This document shows, piece after piece, positions 1 to 8,786 of a DNA stretch of 64,000 bases. Position 1 is the first letter of the stretch. Each line of letters starts with the position of its first letter. The notes beneath the pieces are model-generated. The model was not told the origin of the DNA and ran no database searches. It saw nothing but the letters and a program-made list of their open reading frames with translations. A program made the translations under genes and the position numbers. This stretch comes from Candidatus Berkelbacteria bacterium (GTDB lineage: Bacteria > Patescibacteriota > UBA1384 > CAILIB01), in contig JAYUZR010000035.1 of NCBI GenBank assembly GCA_043751595.1, positions 2,534 to 66,533 of the forward strand. Direction: 5' to 3'.

Positions 1-662
1 AAAATGGGGTGCGGGTGGTAAGTACCGATAGATCTCGTGCCCTCTTCACCCAGACCATCGATAGCCCAACAGGCACTCGCCTGCGCCCTGGCCAAAAAGC
101 ACTCGAGTTCTACACTTCCTTCTCCAATCCAAAAAGCCCTATGTATTCCTGGAATACCAGTATGCCAAGTACCCTGGATGCCTTTGGGCAAGGTAGGGTA
201 GCCATGGTGATTGCCTTCACTGATTTTGGCAAACAACTAAAAGCTAAGTACCCCAAGTTCCAGTACGAGGTAACCAGCGTTCCCCAAATCTCTACCACCC
301 AAGACCAGGTTAACCTTATTAGATTCAACCTAGAGTCGGTTACTCAAGTTGCCGAAAGCAGCAATGCTGCCTTTGCCTTCCTTGGCACCTACGCCAGCGA
401 AAAAAACAGCAAAACTCTTTCTAAAGAAGCTAAGCTTACCAGTCCGTATCTTAAGTCGCTCCAGGCAACTTCCAGTAGTAGCGACTACCTTACTAAACAG
501 GTACTAAGCGGCAAGGCGGTCTTCAAAAAGAGTCATGCCGATTTTGATAAAGCCTTCGAAGAAATGATTTCTGACGTTGTTCAGAACGGACTACCTACCG
601 ATATTACCCTTGATACTGGAGCCGAGAAGGTCAATCAACTTCTTGCCCCGCAAGATGAATAA
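1..662 (+). CDS. extracellular solute-binding protein (ABC sugar-binding family), 5' partial
   Basis: Frame is open from the window start; DAFGQGRVAM and AAFAFL segments are typical of the SBP_bac_1 C-terminal half. Confidence 0.7.
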   Translation, partial: NGVRVVSTDRSRALFTQTIDSPTGTRLRPGQKALEFYTSFSNPKSPMYSWNTSMPSTLDAFGQGRVAMVIAFTDFGKQLKAKYPKFQYEVTSVPQISTTQDQVNLIRFNLESVTQVAESSNAAFAFLGTYASEKNSKTLSKEAKLTSPYLKSLQATSSSSDYLTKQVLSGKAVFKKSHADFDKAFEEMISDVVQNGLPTDITLDTGAEKVNQLLAPQDE

Positions 663-1020
663 AGTATTCTGGATTAGTATTGGATGGCTTCTCAGTTTTG
701 CTCCTATTCAGCGGGCCCTTGCCACTAGTTACACCATCCCGGGCAATGTACCCTCTGGTGCAATCGATACCAGGACAGCAGCAGCCGGTGCGCAGACGCT
801 AGTCCAGAGAATCATCGATACGATGACATTCTTTGTCTTCCCCATCGCTTTTATCGGCATTGTGTATATTGGCTACAATCTTATTATGGGGCCAAATAAC
901 CCCGATACTTGGGCAAAATCGAAGAAGCAAATCGGGTACATGGTAATTGGTATCACCCTCATCACCCTTGCCTCAACACTCGTGTATGCCTTCCGTAGTG
1001 TAATTTTTGGAGCTCTTTAA
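655..1020 (+). CDS. VirB2/TrbC-like pilin
   Basis: ATG at 655 overlaps the upstream stop; signal peptide (QRALA) plus two TM helices around GYNLIMG-K-SKKQI. Confidence 0.7.
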   Translation: MNKVFWISIGWLLSFAPIQRALATSYTIPGNVPSGAIDTRTAAAGAQTLVQRIIDTMTFFVFPIAFIGIVYIGYNLIMGPNNPDTWAKSKKQIGYMVIGITLITLASTLVYAFRSVIFGAL

Positions 1021-1581
1021 ATGAACCAGACATTCTCTCGTCTCCTAGTACTAAGTATCGCCCTGGGTGGCTTACTTATGAGTAGCCCAGCATTAGCTGC
1101 ATCAATTCCCAATCCTTGCGCAGCAGTTATTGCTAAGCCAGGCTCCACGCTAAAAACAAGCGCCCTCCCCCTGCTGCCTAAGGAATTATTTACTCCTAAT
1201 ATCATTCCTTCGCCCGCGCCAACACCTGCCCCAGGCGCACCTCCCGCCGCAGTAACGCCAGCCCCCAAGGTTACGCCCCAGTGCAACCCAACCTACTGGA
1301 CTCGCCAGGTCTACAACGTAATTGCCCTTCGTATCCTCAACCTCCTCAACTGGACCGCTGGCAGCCTAGCCGTGGTCATTACGGTATACGCTGGAACCCT
1401 CTACGTAATGGGATTCATGAACGAAGCTAACGTAAAGAAGGCAAAAAGCCTCCTTATTACCGCCTATACCGGCCTTGCCATCGTCTTTCTCTCCCGCGCT
1501 ATCCTGTATGGTACCGTTGCCGTTATTACCGGCGACGATGTTAACCCGACAAGTCCATACAACGTGGATCTAACCCTATGA
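1021..1581 (+). CDS. VirB2/TrbC-like pilin with Cys-bounded Pro-rich N-terminal loop
   Basis: Signal peptide (SPALA); YAGTLYV...KKAKSLL pilin hairpin; PSPAPTPAPGAPP tract between two Cys. Confidence 0.65.
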   Translation: MNQTFSRLLVLSIALGGLLMSSPALAASIPNPCAAVIAKPGSTLKTSALPLLPKELFTPNIIPSPAPTPAPGAPPAAVTPAPKVTPQCNPTYWTRQVYNVIALRILNLLNWTAGSLAVVITVYAGTLYVMGFMNEANVKKAKSLLITAYTGLAIVFLSRAILYGTVAVITGDDVNPTSPYNVDLTL

Positions 1582-1964
1582 TCGCTTCAATCGTCCTACA
1601 TCTCTTAGGGGTATCCCCCGCTTATGCGGCAGGCGTTATTACTAGTCCGAACGATCCCAACCGAGTAGTTGGCCAGTATAAATACTTTACCGATAAAACT
1701 ACCCCACAGGGGATCGATACCGTTATTGATGGTATCTACGGCAACGCCCTCACTATCGTTTTCCTATTTCTAGGAGTCGCCGCCATCGCCTATCTTATTT
1801 GGGCCGGTATCCGTTACGCCTCTAGCGGAGGCAACCCTGAAGCCGCTAAGCAAGCCCGCCAAAAGATTATCAATGTATTCCTCGGGCTCGTAGTTCTCTT
1901 TGGTGTATATACGATCCTTGCGGCAATTATCTCCCTTGGTGGATGGGTAGGAAGGTTCGTCTAG
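1578..1964 (+). CDS. VirB2/TrbC-like pilin
   Basis: SPAYA signal; WAGIRYASSGGNPEAAKQARQKIIN motif between two TM helices. Confidence 0.8.
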   Translation: MIASIVLHLLGVSPAYAAGVITSPNDPNRVVGQYKYFTDKTTPQGIDTVIDGIYGNALTIVFLFLGVAAIAYLIWAGIRYASSGGNPEAAKQARQKIINVFLGLVVLFGVYTILAAIISLGGWVGRFV

Positions 1965-2034
1965 CTCAACAATAGTTTGACAACACCACCGTCCCTTCTT
2001 TAGAATTAATATAACCTTATTTCTAAAGGAGGAT

Positions 2035-2430
2035 ATGTCAATTAACTTCCGTTCTGCTTACGCACGTCTTGGCGCTGTCGCCGTTGGTGCTAGCCTAGCT
2101 ACTCTTCCAATGGCTGCTCACGCTGCTGTTGGTGCGCTCACCCCTGCTGGTGGCGATATCAATACATCAAGCACCCTAGATGAGCAGATCAGCTCCATCT
2201 CTGGTAGCGTTATTGATACCGTTCTTCTTATCGCTGGCGTCCTAGCTGTTATCTACCTGCTTTACTCTGGTATTCAGTACATCACTTCAGCTGGTAACCC
2301 AGAAAAAGCTAAGGGCGCTCGTCAGGGTATCATCAACGCCGTTATCGGTATCGTTGTTATCATTGCTGCGTTCTTCATCGTTCGTCTTGCAGTTGGTAGC
2401 GGTAACCAAATCAACAGCCTTAACAACTAG
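2035..2430 (+). CDS. VirB2/TrbC-like pilin, probable major subunit
   Basis: AAAGGAGGA Shine-Dalgarno, own terminator; SGIQYITSAGNPEKAKGARQGIINAVIG motif. Confidence 0.85.
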   Translation: MSINFRSAYARLGAVAVGASLATLPMAAHAAVGALTPAGGDINTSSTLDEQISSISGSVIDTVLLIAGVLAVIYLLYSGIQYITSAGNPEKAKGARQGIINAVIGIVVIIAAFFIVRLAVGSGNQINSLNN

Positions 2431-2450
2431 TCCCCTAGTTCTAAGCCTGC

Positions 2451-2479
2451 AAAGACCCGGCCTTGGCCGGGTCTTTTTT
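2451..2479 (+). terminator. intrinsic terminator (probably bidirectional)
   Basis: AAAGACCCGGCC-TT-GGCCGGGTCTTTTTT between convergent genes. Confidence 0.85.
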
Positions 2480-2504
2480 AATTAGCGATCTTTCTTTAAT
2501 TTTT

Positions 2505-2568
2505 AGTGATTATTTCTTCCGCGTATCCGAGGCGTACGCCGAGGGCTTAGCGGGAGAAATAAATCACT
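2505..2568. repeat. 64-nt structured repeat, copy 1
   Basis: Aligns without gaps to 3839-3902, with compensatory changes in the stem. Confidence 0.8.
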
Positions 2569-2986
2569 TACCTTGGATATATCTCCACCACTGCTCCCAG
2601 TTAGGCAGGTTGCGCCTTGGATCGCGGGCAGCCTGAGCGGCAGCTAGCGCCTGGTGGGCCGCCTGCTGCTTGCCTACGCTTGATTCTGGCAGTGCATAGA
2701 CCTTCTCTTCTGGCCGATGTAGTAACGCCACCCTCCGTAACTCCTTTTCTTTAAAGGAGTCGCTTTGGTAATACACCAGCAATGCCTTTAGGCGGTCGCG
2801 CTCACTCTCTAGGTTGGTGAGCTTAGTTTCCAAATCAGTAATCTGCTGCCTGCTGGCTACCGCCGATTTAAGTGAATTCGTGGTAACCACACCTAAATAG
2901 CACACGGCAGCAATCAGCCAGAGGGCCGTGGTTGAACGCTGTGTCCAGCGAAGAATACGTTGCAGAAGAATACGCAAGAGATGCAC
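2564..2986 (-). CDS. septum formation initiator (FtsB/DivIC-like)
   Basis: Single TM helix, coiled coil, EKELRRVALLHRPEEKVY resembling the DivIC C-terminal motif; GTG start 6 nt after TATACT. Confidence 0.7.
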   Translation of the reverse strand: MHLLRILLQRILRWTQRSTTALWLIAAVCYLGVVTTNSLKSAVASRQQITDLETKLTNLESERDRLKALLVYYQSDSFKEKELRRVALLHRPEEKVYALPESSVGKQQAAHQALAAAQAARDPRRNLPNWEQWWRYIQGK

Positions 2987-3004
2987 CAACCAAGTATAGC
3001 AAAC

Positions 3005-3532
3005 TTACTTACTACCAAATAATTGAACAGTAATAAGAGTACGCTCCCCCGATGCATCTACAGACCACACACAAGCGTATCCGACTTCTTTATATTTAGG
3101 AGAAAGAATATTGGCACGGTGACCAGGACTCTTCATCCAACCAGTGGTGATGCCTTCAGGAGTTTTGAATCCCTTAGCCAGGTTCTCCCCTGCGCTACGG
3201 TATGAATACCCTGCCTCCTCAATAAATGACCAAGGAGTCTTACCATCTAGAGGACGAAAGTGCGCCCAATAACCACGAGTAATCATATCGTGCGCCTTAG
3301 CCTGAGCGGCCTGATTTAGTTGCTCATTAATAACAAGCTCAGGAAGGCCGGTCGCTACGCGCTGTGCGTTGGTAAGGATGAGAAGCTCGGCTGGAGAATA
3401 CGCAATTTGCTCAGCAGAAAGCTCGGTTGCTGAAACGCCATTTGCAGCCAAAGCAGTATCGGCCCCAAGCGGAAGAATGGCGCGAATTACTACTACGAGG
3501 ATAAAAAGGCTTTTTGCCCAAAAAGTATTCAT
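3005..3532 (-). CDS. CAP/SCP domain secreted protein
   Basis: LTNAQR, AHDM..GYWAH, GENLA, WMKSPGHRANIL motifs. Confidence 0.92.
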   Translation of the reverse strand: MNTFWAKSLFILVVVIRAILPLGADTALAANGVSATELSAEQIAYSPAELLILTNAQRVATGLPELVINEQLNQAAQAKAHDMITRGYWAHFRPLDGKTPWSFIEEAGYSYRSAGENLAKGFKTPEGITTGWMKSPGHRANILSPKYKEVGYACVWSVDASGERTLITVQLFGSK

Positions 3533-3798
3533 TTGTGTTGTTTTTGTTTCTCTTTTTGAGATGCACTAAGTATACGACAGAACAGCAGTAATTTCAATCA
3601 GTATTGAAGTCTTTAAGATTACGGACACGTCAGTTTTACGCTCCAGCGATTACTATACGATAGTGTATTACCTTTCCCGTATCAGCTGTTCGGTTTGTTT
3701 TACCACTACTTTTCCACAGGTGGATAACCTCTCAATAAGTGGGCGGTCAGCCCCGGTGGGGCCAGTGACCACATAGCCCTCTCGTAACTTGAGACACT

Positions 3799-3829
3799 AA
3801 AAAAAGCCCCTCCTTTCGGAAGGGCTTTT
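3799..3829. terminator. bidirectional intrinsic terminator downstream of pyk
   Basis: AAAAAAAGCCC...GGGCTTTT hairpin. Confidence 0.75.
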
Positions 3830-3838
3830 GCCTCTGTC

Positions 3839-3902
3839 GGTGATTATTGTACTGGCGTATCCGGAGCGTCAGCGACGGTCTTAGCCAGTACAATAGATCA
3901 CC
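3839..3902. repeat. 64-nt structured repeat, copy 2
   Basis: Same length and conserved core (GCGTATCCG...CTTAGC) as 2505-2568. Confidence 0.8.
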
Positions 3903-3905
3903 CTC

Positions 3906-4955
3906 TTAGAAGTAGTTCGGGCGGTGATACATAGCTTCTTCAGCGCGCTTAACAATCTTTACCATGGTGGCCAGAGAGTTAATTGGGTCAATACCAGCAG
4001 CTGTTTCTTCGGAAAGCATCACTGCATCGCTACCAGCAAATACTGCGTTCGCCACATCTGAAACTTCAGCGCGGGTTGGGCGAGTATTTTTGGTGATAGA
4101 AAGCATCATCTGAGTAGCGGTGATGACTGCCTTCTTAGACCAGCGGCATCGCTCGGTAATCTCGCGCTGCAGTACTGGAATATCTTCCATAGGCATCTCG
4201 ATACCAAGATCGCCACGGGCAATCATCACGATATCGGAACCATCGATAATCTCCTGAAGGTTAGCAATCGCGCGGCGACGCTCTACCTTAGAAATAAGCT
4301 TAATATCGCGACTGCCGATCATGGCACGTACTTCATCAAGCTCTTTTCGACTATCAACAAAGGAAAGTGCAATCGCATCTACTCCTGGGGCCGTATTAAG
4401 CAAGAAATCAAGATCACGATAATCTTTTTCGGTTAGCGCAGGAGAGCTCAGGTTGGTATCGGGAACATTAATACTCTTGCGTGACATCAAGATACCACCA
4501 GAGGTGATTCGAACAGCGATACGGTGACCCTTCACCCAACTAACAATGCCCTCAATGGCACCATCCATGAAGGTAATATATTCCCCTGCTTTTACATCAT
4601 TATGCAACGTGGAGTCGTTGATCAAAATCTCATCGGAAGATTCTGGCTCACCAACGTTCATGTAGAACGTATATTCCTTATCGGTATCAAGAGGAATGCC
4701 GGCATCTGGCAAAATACCAACGCGGATATTTGGACCCTGAAGATCGGCCTGCATCTTGGTTTCAGCACCATGCTTAGTCTTAATCTCTTGCAGCATGTTG
4801 TAACGAGCGGTGTACTCATCGTACTGGCAGTGCGCAAAGTTATTGCGCAGCATATCGGAGCCGTTGAGAATCAGTCCTTCGATAATTTCGGGACTAGCAC
4901 TAGCAGGACCCACCGTAGTAACAAACTTAGTCCAGGTGCCTGAAAATTGGTTCAT
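3906..4955 (-). CDS. pyk: pyruvate kinase (barrel and B domain only)
   Basis: TVGPAS, ISKVE, ARGDLGIE, TATQMM, PTRAEVSDVANA, DAVMLSEETA motifs; start taken at MNQFSG. Confidence 0.95.
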   Translation of the reverse strand: MNQFSGTWTKFVTTVGPASASPEIIEGLILNGSDMLRNNFAHCQYDEYTARYNMLQEIKTKHGAETKMQADLQGPNIRVGILPDAGIPLDTDKEYTFYMNVGEPESSDEILINDSTLHNDVKAGEYITFMDGAIEGIVSWVKGHRIAVRITSGGILMSRKSINVPDTNLSSPALTEKDYRDLDFLLNTAPGVDAIALSFVDSRKELDEVRAMIGSRDIKLISKVERRRAIANLQEIIDGSDIVMIARGDLGIEMPMEDIPVLQREITERCRWSKKAVITATQMMLSITKNTRPTRAEVSDVANAVFAGSDAVMLSEETAAGIDPINSLATMVKIVKRAEEAMYHRPNYF

Positions 4956-5066
4956 GAATTGTTCTTTTCTTAAGAAATAAAGTCGACTGAACAAGCAGGT
5001 GCTAGTCAGCCGAGAACGGGTCGTACTATACTCTATTTACAGACCTTACGTAAACCTATCATTTTA

Positions 5067-5444
5067 ATGGTCCAACTCTTACTCGCCAAGCTGATTGGCC
5101 TACAAACTGCGTACGCCATCGTATCAGACCAAGCGATCAAACCAGCATCTTCCAGTGTCGGAACTGGGGGCCTTTTTGATCTAGGTAGCGATGCTACTGC
5201 CACGGTAAACAGTCTTACCTCCAGCGCCGTGGATACTATCGGCCTAGTGGCAGGTGCTTTAGCTATTATCTACATCCTTTGGTACGGCATTCAGTATATC
5301 CTCTCTGGCGGTGTACCCGATAAAACTAAGGTTGCACGGCAAGGAATCATCAACGGCGTTATCGGTATTGTTATCATTACAGCAGCCTATGCCGTAATCC
5401 GTTTCGCTGTTGCCATCGGAAATAAGGCTGCATCCGTTATCTAA
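5067..5444 (+). CDS. VirB2/TrbC-like pilin
   Basis: YGIQYILSGGVPDKTKVARQGIINGVIG motif. Confidence 0.85.
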   Translation: MVQLLLAKLIGLQTAYAIVSDQAIKPASSSVGTGGLFDLGSDATATVNSLTSSAVDTIGLVAGALAIIYILWYGIQYILSGGVPDKTKVARQGIINGVIGIVIITAAYAVIRFAVAIGNKAASVI

Positions 5445-5449
5445 CCATC

Positions 5450-5884
5450 ATGCTCGCTGCACTCCTTCCCCTTTACGCAACACTCCAGACGGCCATTATC
5501 GAGCATGCCTACGCTACTGACGGCATCATTCCCACTCCGGCTAATCAGAAGCTTAACACTTCAACTGTTGTAACCAGTAGTGGAAGTGCTTCCGACCAGG
5601 TAAACCAACTACTCTTTACCGGAAATGGCGGTACTCCCGGTATCGTTGGACAGGCCCTCACTATCGGCACCGCTGTCGCCGGCGGCATTGCTGTACTCTA
5701 CGTAATCTGGGCCGGTGTCCAGTACATTATGGCCGGTGGAAGCCCCGATAAAACCAAGGCAGCCCGAGCAAGAATCGTTGGTGCCGTTGTTGGTATTGTG
5801 CTCATTATGGCCACCTATGCCATTATCCGCTTCGCCATTGCTGCTGGTCGCCTAGTAGATACCGCCAGTACAAAGGCAAACTAA
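5450..5884 (+). CDS. VirB2/TrbC-like pilin
   Basis: AGVQYIMAGGSPDKTKAARARIVGAVVG motif. Confidence 0.85.
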   Translation: MLAALLPLYATLQTAIIEHAYATDGIIPTPANQKLNTSTVVTSSGSASDQVNQLLFTGNGGTPGIVGQALTIGTAVAGGIAVLYVIWAGVQYIMAGGSPDKTKAARARIVGAVVGIVLIMATYAIIRFAIAAGRLVDTASTKAN

Positions 5885-5899
5885 TAACCCAGGACCGCC

Positions 5900-6646
5900 G
5901 TGATCACGGTTAATCAAGTACCAGCGGGCACCTTTAACCTGGTAGACAGACTCAATGCCGCTGGGTCAAATATTGATATCATTCTGTACGCTGTCTTAGG
6001 TGGCGTAGCAGTTATCTTTGTTACCCTCGCAGGAGTTCGCTACATTACCTCAGGTGGAAGTGCCGATAAAGCAAAAGTTGCCCGGCAAGGAATTATTAAT
6101 GCCGTGATCGGTGTCGTGATTGGCATGTCTGCCTTTGCCATTATTCGACTTGCTCGCCTCTCCACCACTGTTGGAGCAGACGTTGCCACTGGTAAGTTTG
6201 TGGTTACCACCCCTGCCCCCAAGCCCACTAAAGCGCCAAGCGGATCGAACCCCCGTTCAGACGCTACGCCAAGTTATTCTGGTGTTGGAACCTACTACCA
6301 AGAGGCTCAACGAGTACTCGCGCTATACTCCCTAGTACCTGCCTATACCGACAGCGCCGGCAAGCATCCGGCTAAGATGTGCTACCTAGGAGACCCAACC
6401 CGCTGCTTAGCAGCAAACGCAGATGATGCCGGAGTAACCAATGGCGCAGCCTTTAACGACCTTGACGAGTGTATCCACTTTGCGGAAACAAGGAATGATA
6501 TCTACTCCTGCGTTGATACCGCCGCTAACGGAGGAAATACTAACCACGAAGAATGGATCTGCCGAGCATGGGAAGTCGACGCCTTTAATCATTTTCTCGC
6601 GACTAACGGTGACATGGATTACCCCGCCTGCCCCTTCAAGGATTAA
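5900..6646 (+). CDS. VirB2/TrbC-like pilin fused to a Cys-rich C-terminal domain
   Basis: AGVRYITSGGSADKAKVARQGIINAVIG, P/T linker, then a domain with six Cys. Confidence 0.75.
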   Translation: MITVNQVPAGTFNLVDRLNAAGSNIDIILYAVLGGVAVIFVTLAGVRYITSGGSADKAKVARQGIINAVIGVVIGMSAFAIIRLARLSTTVGADVATGKFVVTTPAPKPTKAPSGSNPRSDATPSYSGVGTYYQEAQRVLALYSLVPAYTDSAGKHPAKMCYLGDPTRCLAANADDAGVTNGAAFNDLDECIHFAETRNDIYSCVDTAANGGNTNHEEWICRAWEVDAFNHFLATNGDMDYPACPFKD

Positions 6647-6685
6647 TACCTGTCCGTTTCGTTGGTTTCAGGCTACGATCTTGCT

Positions 6686-8029
6686 ATGACGATTCGATCA
6701 TACATCGCGATTGCGGTTGCAAATGTAAGCCGAGCAGGTCTATTACTACTAGGTAGAAATGCCACTACTCTCCCCGGCCTACTAGCAGAGAAAATAGCGC
6801 CCAATTTGTATCCATACCTTTTAGAACAAATACCTAAGGGAGTGGTATTTATTACCGGAACAAATGGAAAAACCACCACCACAGCCATGGCTCGGCATCT
6901 CCTTGCTGAGCAATTTACCATTATTAGCAATGTAGGTGGATCTAATCTTATCCGGGGGCACTTAACCGCCCTAGTAGCTAATTATTCGATTATACAGGGG
7001 TTCAAGGATAACACTCTCGCCCTACTAGAAACCGACGAGCTATTTGTGGCCGAGGCTATTAATTTAGGGGCACGCCCTACCGCCATTGCAGTACTTAATC
7101 TTTTTAGAGACCAGCTGGATAGATTTGGGGAGATCGATAGTATTACCCGCAAATGGGAAAAGGCCCTAGCCAAATCTCCAGGTACTCGCCTATTGATAAA
7201 TAGTAACGACCCTAGGCTAGCCGCCCTTGGTAAGAAGTATTCGGAAAGAACAGAATACTTTGGACTCGATGCTCCTGCCCTACTTTTACCCAAGCCATCT
7301 TCCATGGCAGATACTGGAGACTTGTCCGTAGAGTATTCAGGATACTATGTATCGCACATGGGCAATTACAAAGGTGAGCCAGAAAAAACTACCGCCTTAA
7401 CGTCTGCCAATTGGGGAGAGGAGCACTGGAAGATAACTTTGCAGGTGGATACTGAAACCATTCAGGCTAGTCTTCAGACACCCGGCCGGTATAATCTCTT
7501 TAATGCAGTTGCAGCCTTAGCTATCGCTAAAGAGTTGATGGTCGATACCTATAGCGTAGCCAACAGATTAGAATCATTCACTCCAGCCTTTTCACGTTTC
7601 GAAAAGGTATACATCGATGGTAAACCTATATGGTTAGTACTTGTTAAAAACCCTGTCGCCCTTAGTGAGACCTTGGCCACTATCCAGGAAATGGTGGGTG
7701 GCTCTACCTACAACATTATTCTCGGCAGCAACGATAATATTGCCGACGGCAAGGATGTATCGTGGTATTTTGACGCTGATATTTCTAGCCTTTCTGGCAA
7801 CCCGCCGGCTAATTGCATGTGCTTTGGCACACGAGCACGGGATATGCGCCTCAGACTAAGCTACGGACTAGAGCAAGAAGTATCCCTGATCAACCTGGAC
7901 GAAGTAGCAAAAGCTATTGGCGGCTTGAGTGGCGAGACTTTTATTCTTACCACCTATACTGCCACACTAGAACTAAGAGAAACGCTTACCTCTCAAGGGC
8001 ATATAAAGAAGTGGAGTACCCATGCATAA
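6686..8029 (+). CDS. murT: lipid II isoglutaminyl synthase subunit MurT
   Basis: TGTNGKTTT, LNLFRDQLDRFGE, LVKNP, NDNIADGKDVSW, TYTA motifs; coupled to gatD. Confidence 0.93.
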   Translation: MTIRSYIAIAVANVSRAGLLLLGRNATTLPGLLAEKIAPNLYPYLLEQIPKGVVFITGTNGKTTTTAMARHLLAEQFTIISNVGGSNLIRGHLTALVANYSIIQGFKDNTLALLETDELFVAEAINLGARPTAIAVLNLFRDQLDRFGEIDSITRKWEKALAKSPGTRLLINSNDPRLAALGKKYSERTEYFGLDAPALLLPKPSSMADTGDLSVEYSGYYVSHMGNYKGEPEKTTALTSANWGEEHWKITLQVDTETIQASLQTPGRYNLFNAVAALAIAKELMVDTYSVANRLESFTPAFSRFEKVYIDGKPIWLVLVKNPVALSETLATIQEMVGGSTYNIILGSNDNIADGKDVSWYFDADISSLSGNPPANCMCFGTRARDMRLRLSYGLEQEVSLINLDEVAKAIGGLSGETFILTTYTATLELRETLTSQGHIKKWSTHA

Positions 8030-8786
8030 GCTACCCCCCCTTACTATTGTCCACCTCTACCCGGAGCTTATGAACACCTATGGGGACACTGGGAATATTG
8101 CCGCGCTCGAACGGTACGCCAAGCTAGCAGGTAGCGACGTAACGGTTATCGGGTATGCACCTGGTGATGCTGTCCCGAGCTCTGGGGATATCTACTTCTT
8201 TGGTGGTGGGCAAGATGCTGCACAGGGCGTGGTAGGCTCAGACCTTGAGCGCTTACAACCGGTAGTTGATCGCATTCGAGAGAAGCAAATCCCCCTACTA
8301 GCCATCTGCGGAGGCTACCAGCTGCTTGGATCTGCCTACCTCCCATTTGATGCCGATCCGATTAAAGGCCTTTCCCTGTTCCCGGTAACTACTCGTGCGT
8401 CAAACGATAGGATGATCGGAAACTGCATTCTTACCGCTAATCCGGCCCTAGCATTAGAAGATCCATCGACCATCGTTGGCTTCGAGAACCACAGCGGAAA
8501 GACCGAGTACATCGACCATCGTATAAATCCATTAGGCACCGTGGTGGTGGGTAGCGGCAATAACGGTGCGGACAAGACCGAGGGGTGTGTAGTAGACAAC
8601 GCCATTGGCTGCTACTTACATGGGCCCCTCCTCCCTAAAAACCCCCATATTACAAAATGGCTCCTTGGGCACTGGCTTAGGCAGGCAGGAGAAGATGCTA
8701 CATTGTTAAATACCGTAAACAATAGTATTGCCCTAGAGGCCCACCGCTACATTGTAGAGCGGTATGCTCCAACGCTTGCGGCTTGA
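8022..8786 (+). CDS. gatD: glutamine amidotransferase GatD (CobQ-like)
   Basis: HLYPELMNTYGDTGN, GGGQD, AICGGYQ, GFENHSG, YLHGPLLPKNP. Confidence 0.93.
   Translation: MHKLPPLTIVHLYPELMNTYGDTGNIAALERYAKLAGSDVTVIGYAPGDAVPSSGDIYFFGGGQDAAQGVVGSDLERLQPVVDRIREKQIPLLAICGGYQLLGSAYLPFDADPIKGLSLFPVTTRASNDRMIGNCILTANPALALEDPSTIVGFENHSGKTEYIDHRINPLGTVVVGSGNNGADKTEGCVVDNAIGCYLHGPLLPKNPHITKWLLGHWLRQAGEDATLLNTVNNSIALEAHRYIVERYAPTLAA

Noticed and set aside
3533-3830. Replication origin
   Set aside because: Only two DnaA-box-like motifs, no clear unwinding element, no dnaA/dnaN nearby
2505-3902. Integron with attC sites
   Set aside because: No RYYYAAC/GTTRRRY ends, no integrase, and the flanked genes are housekeeping-like
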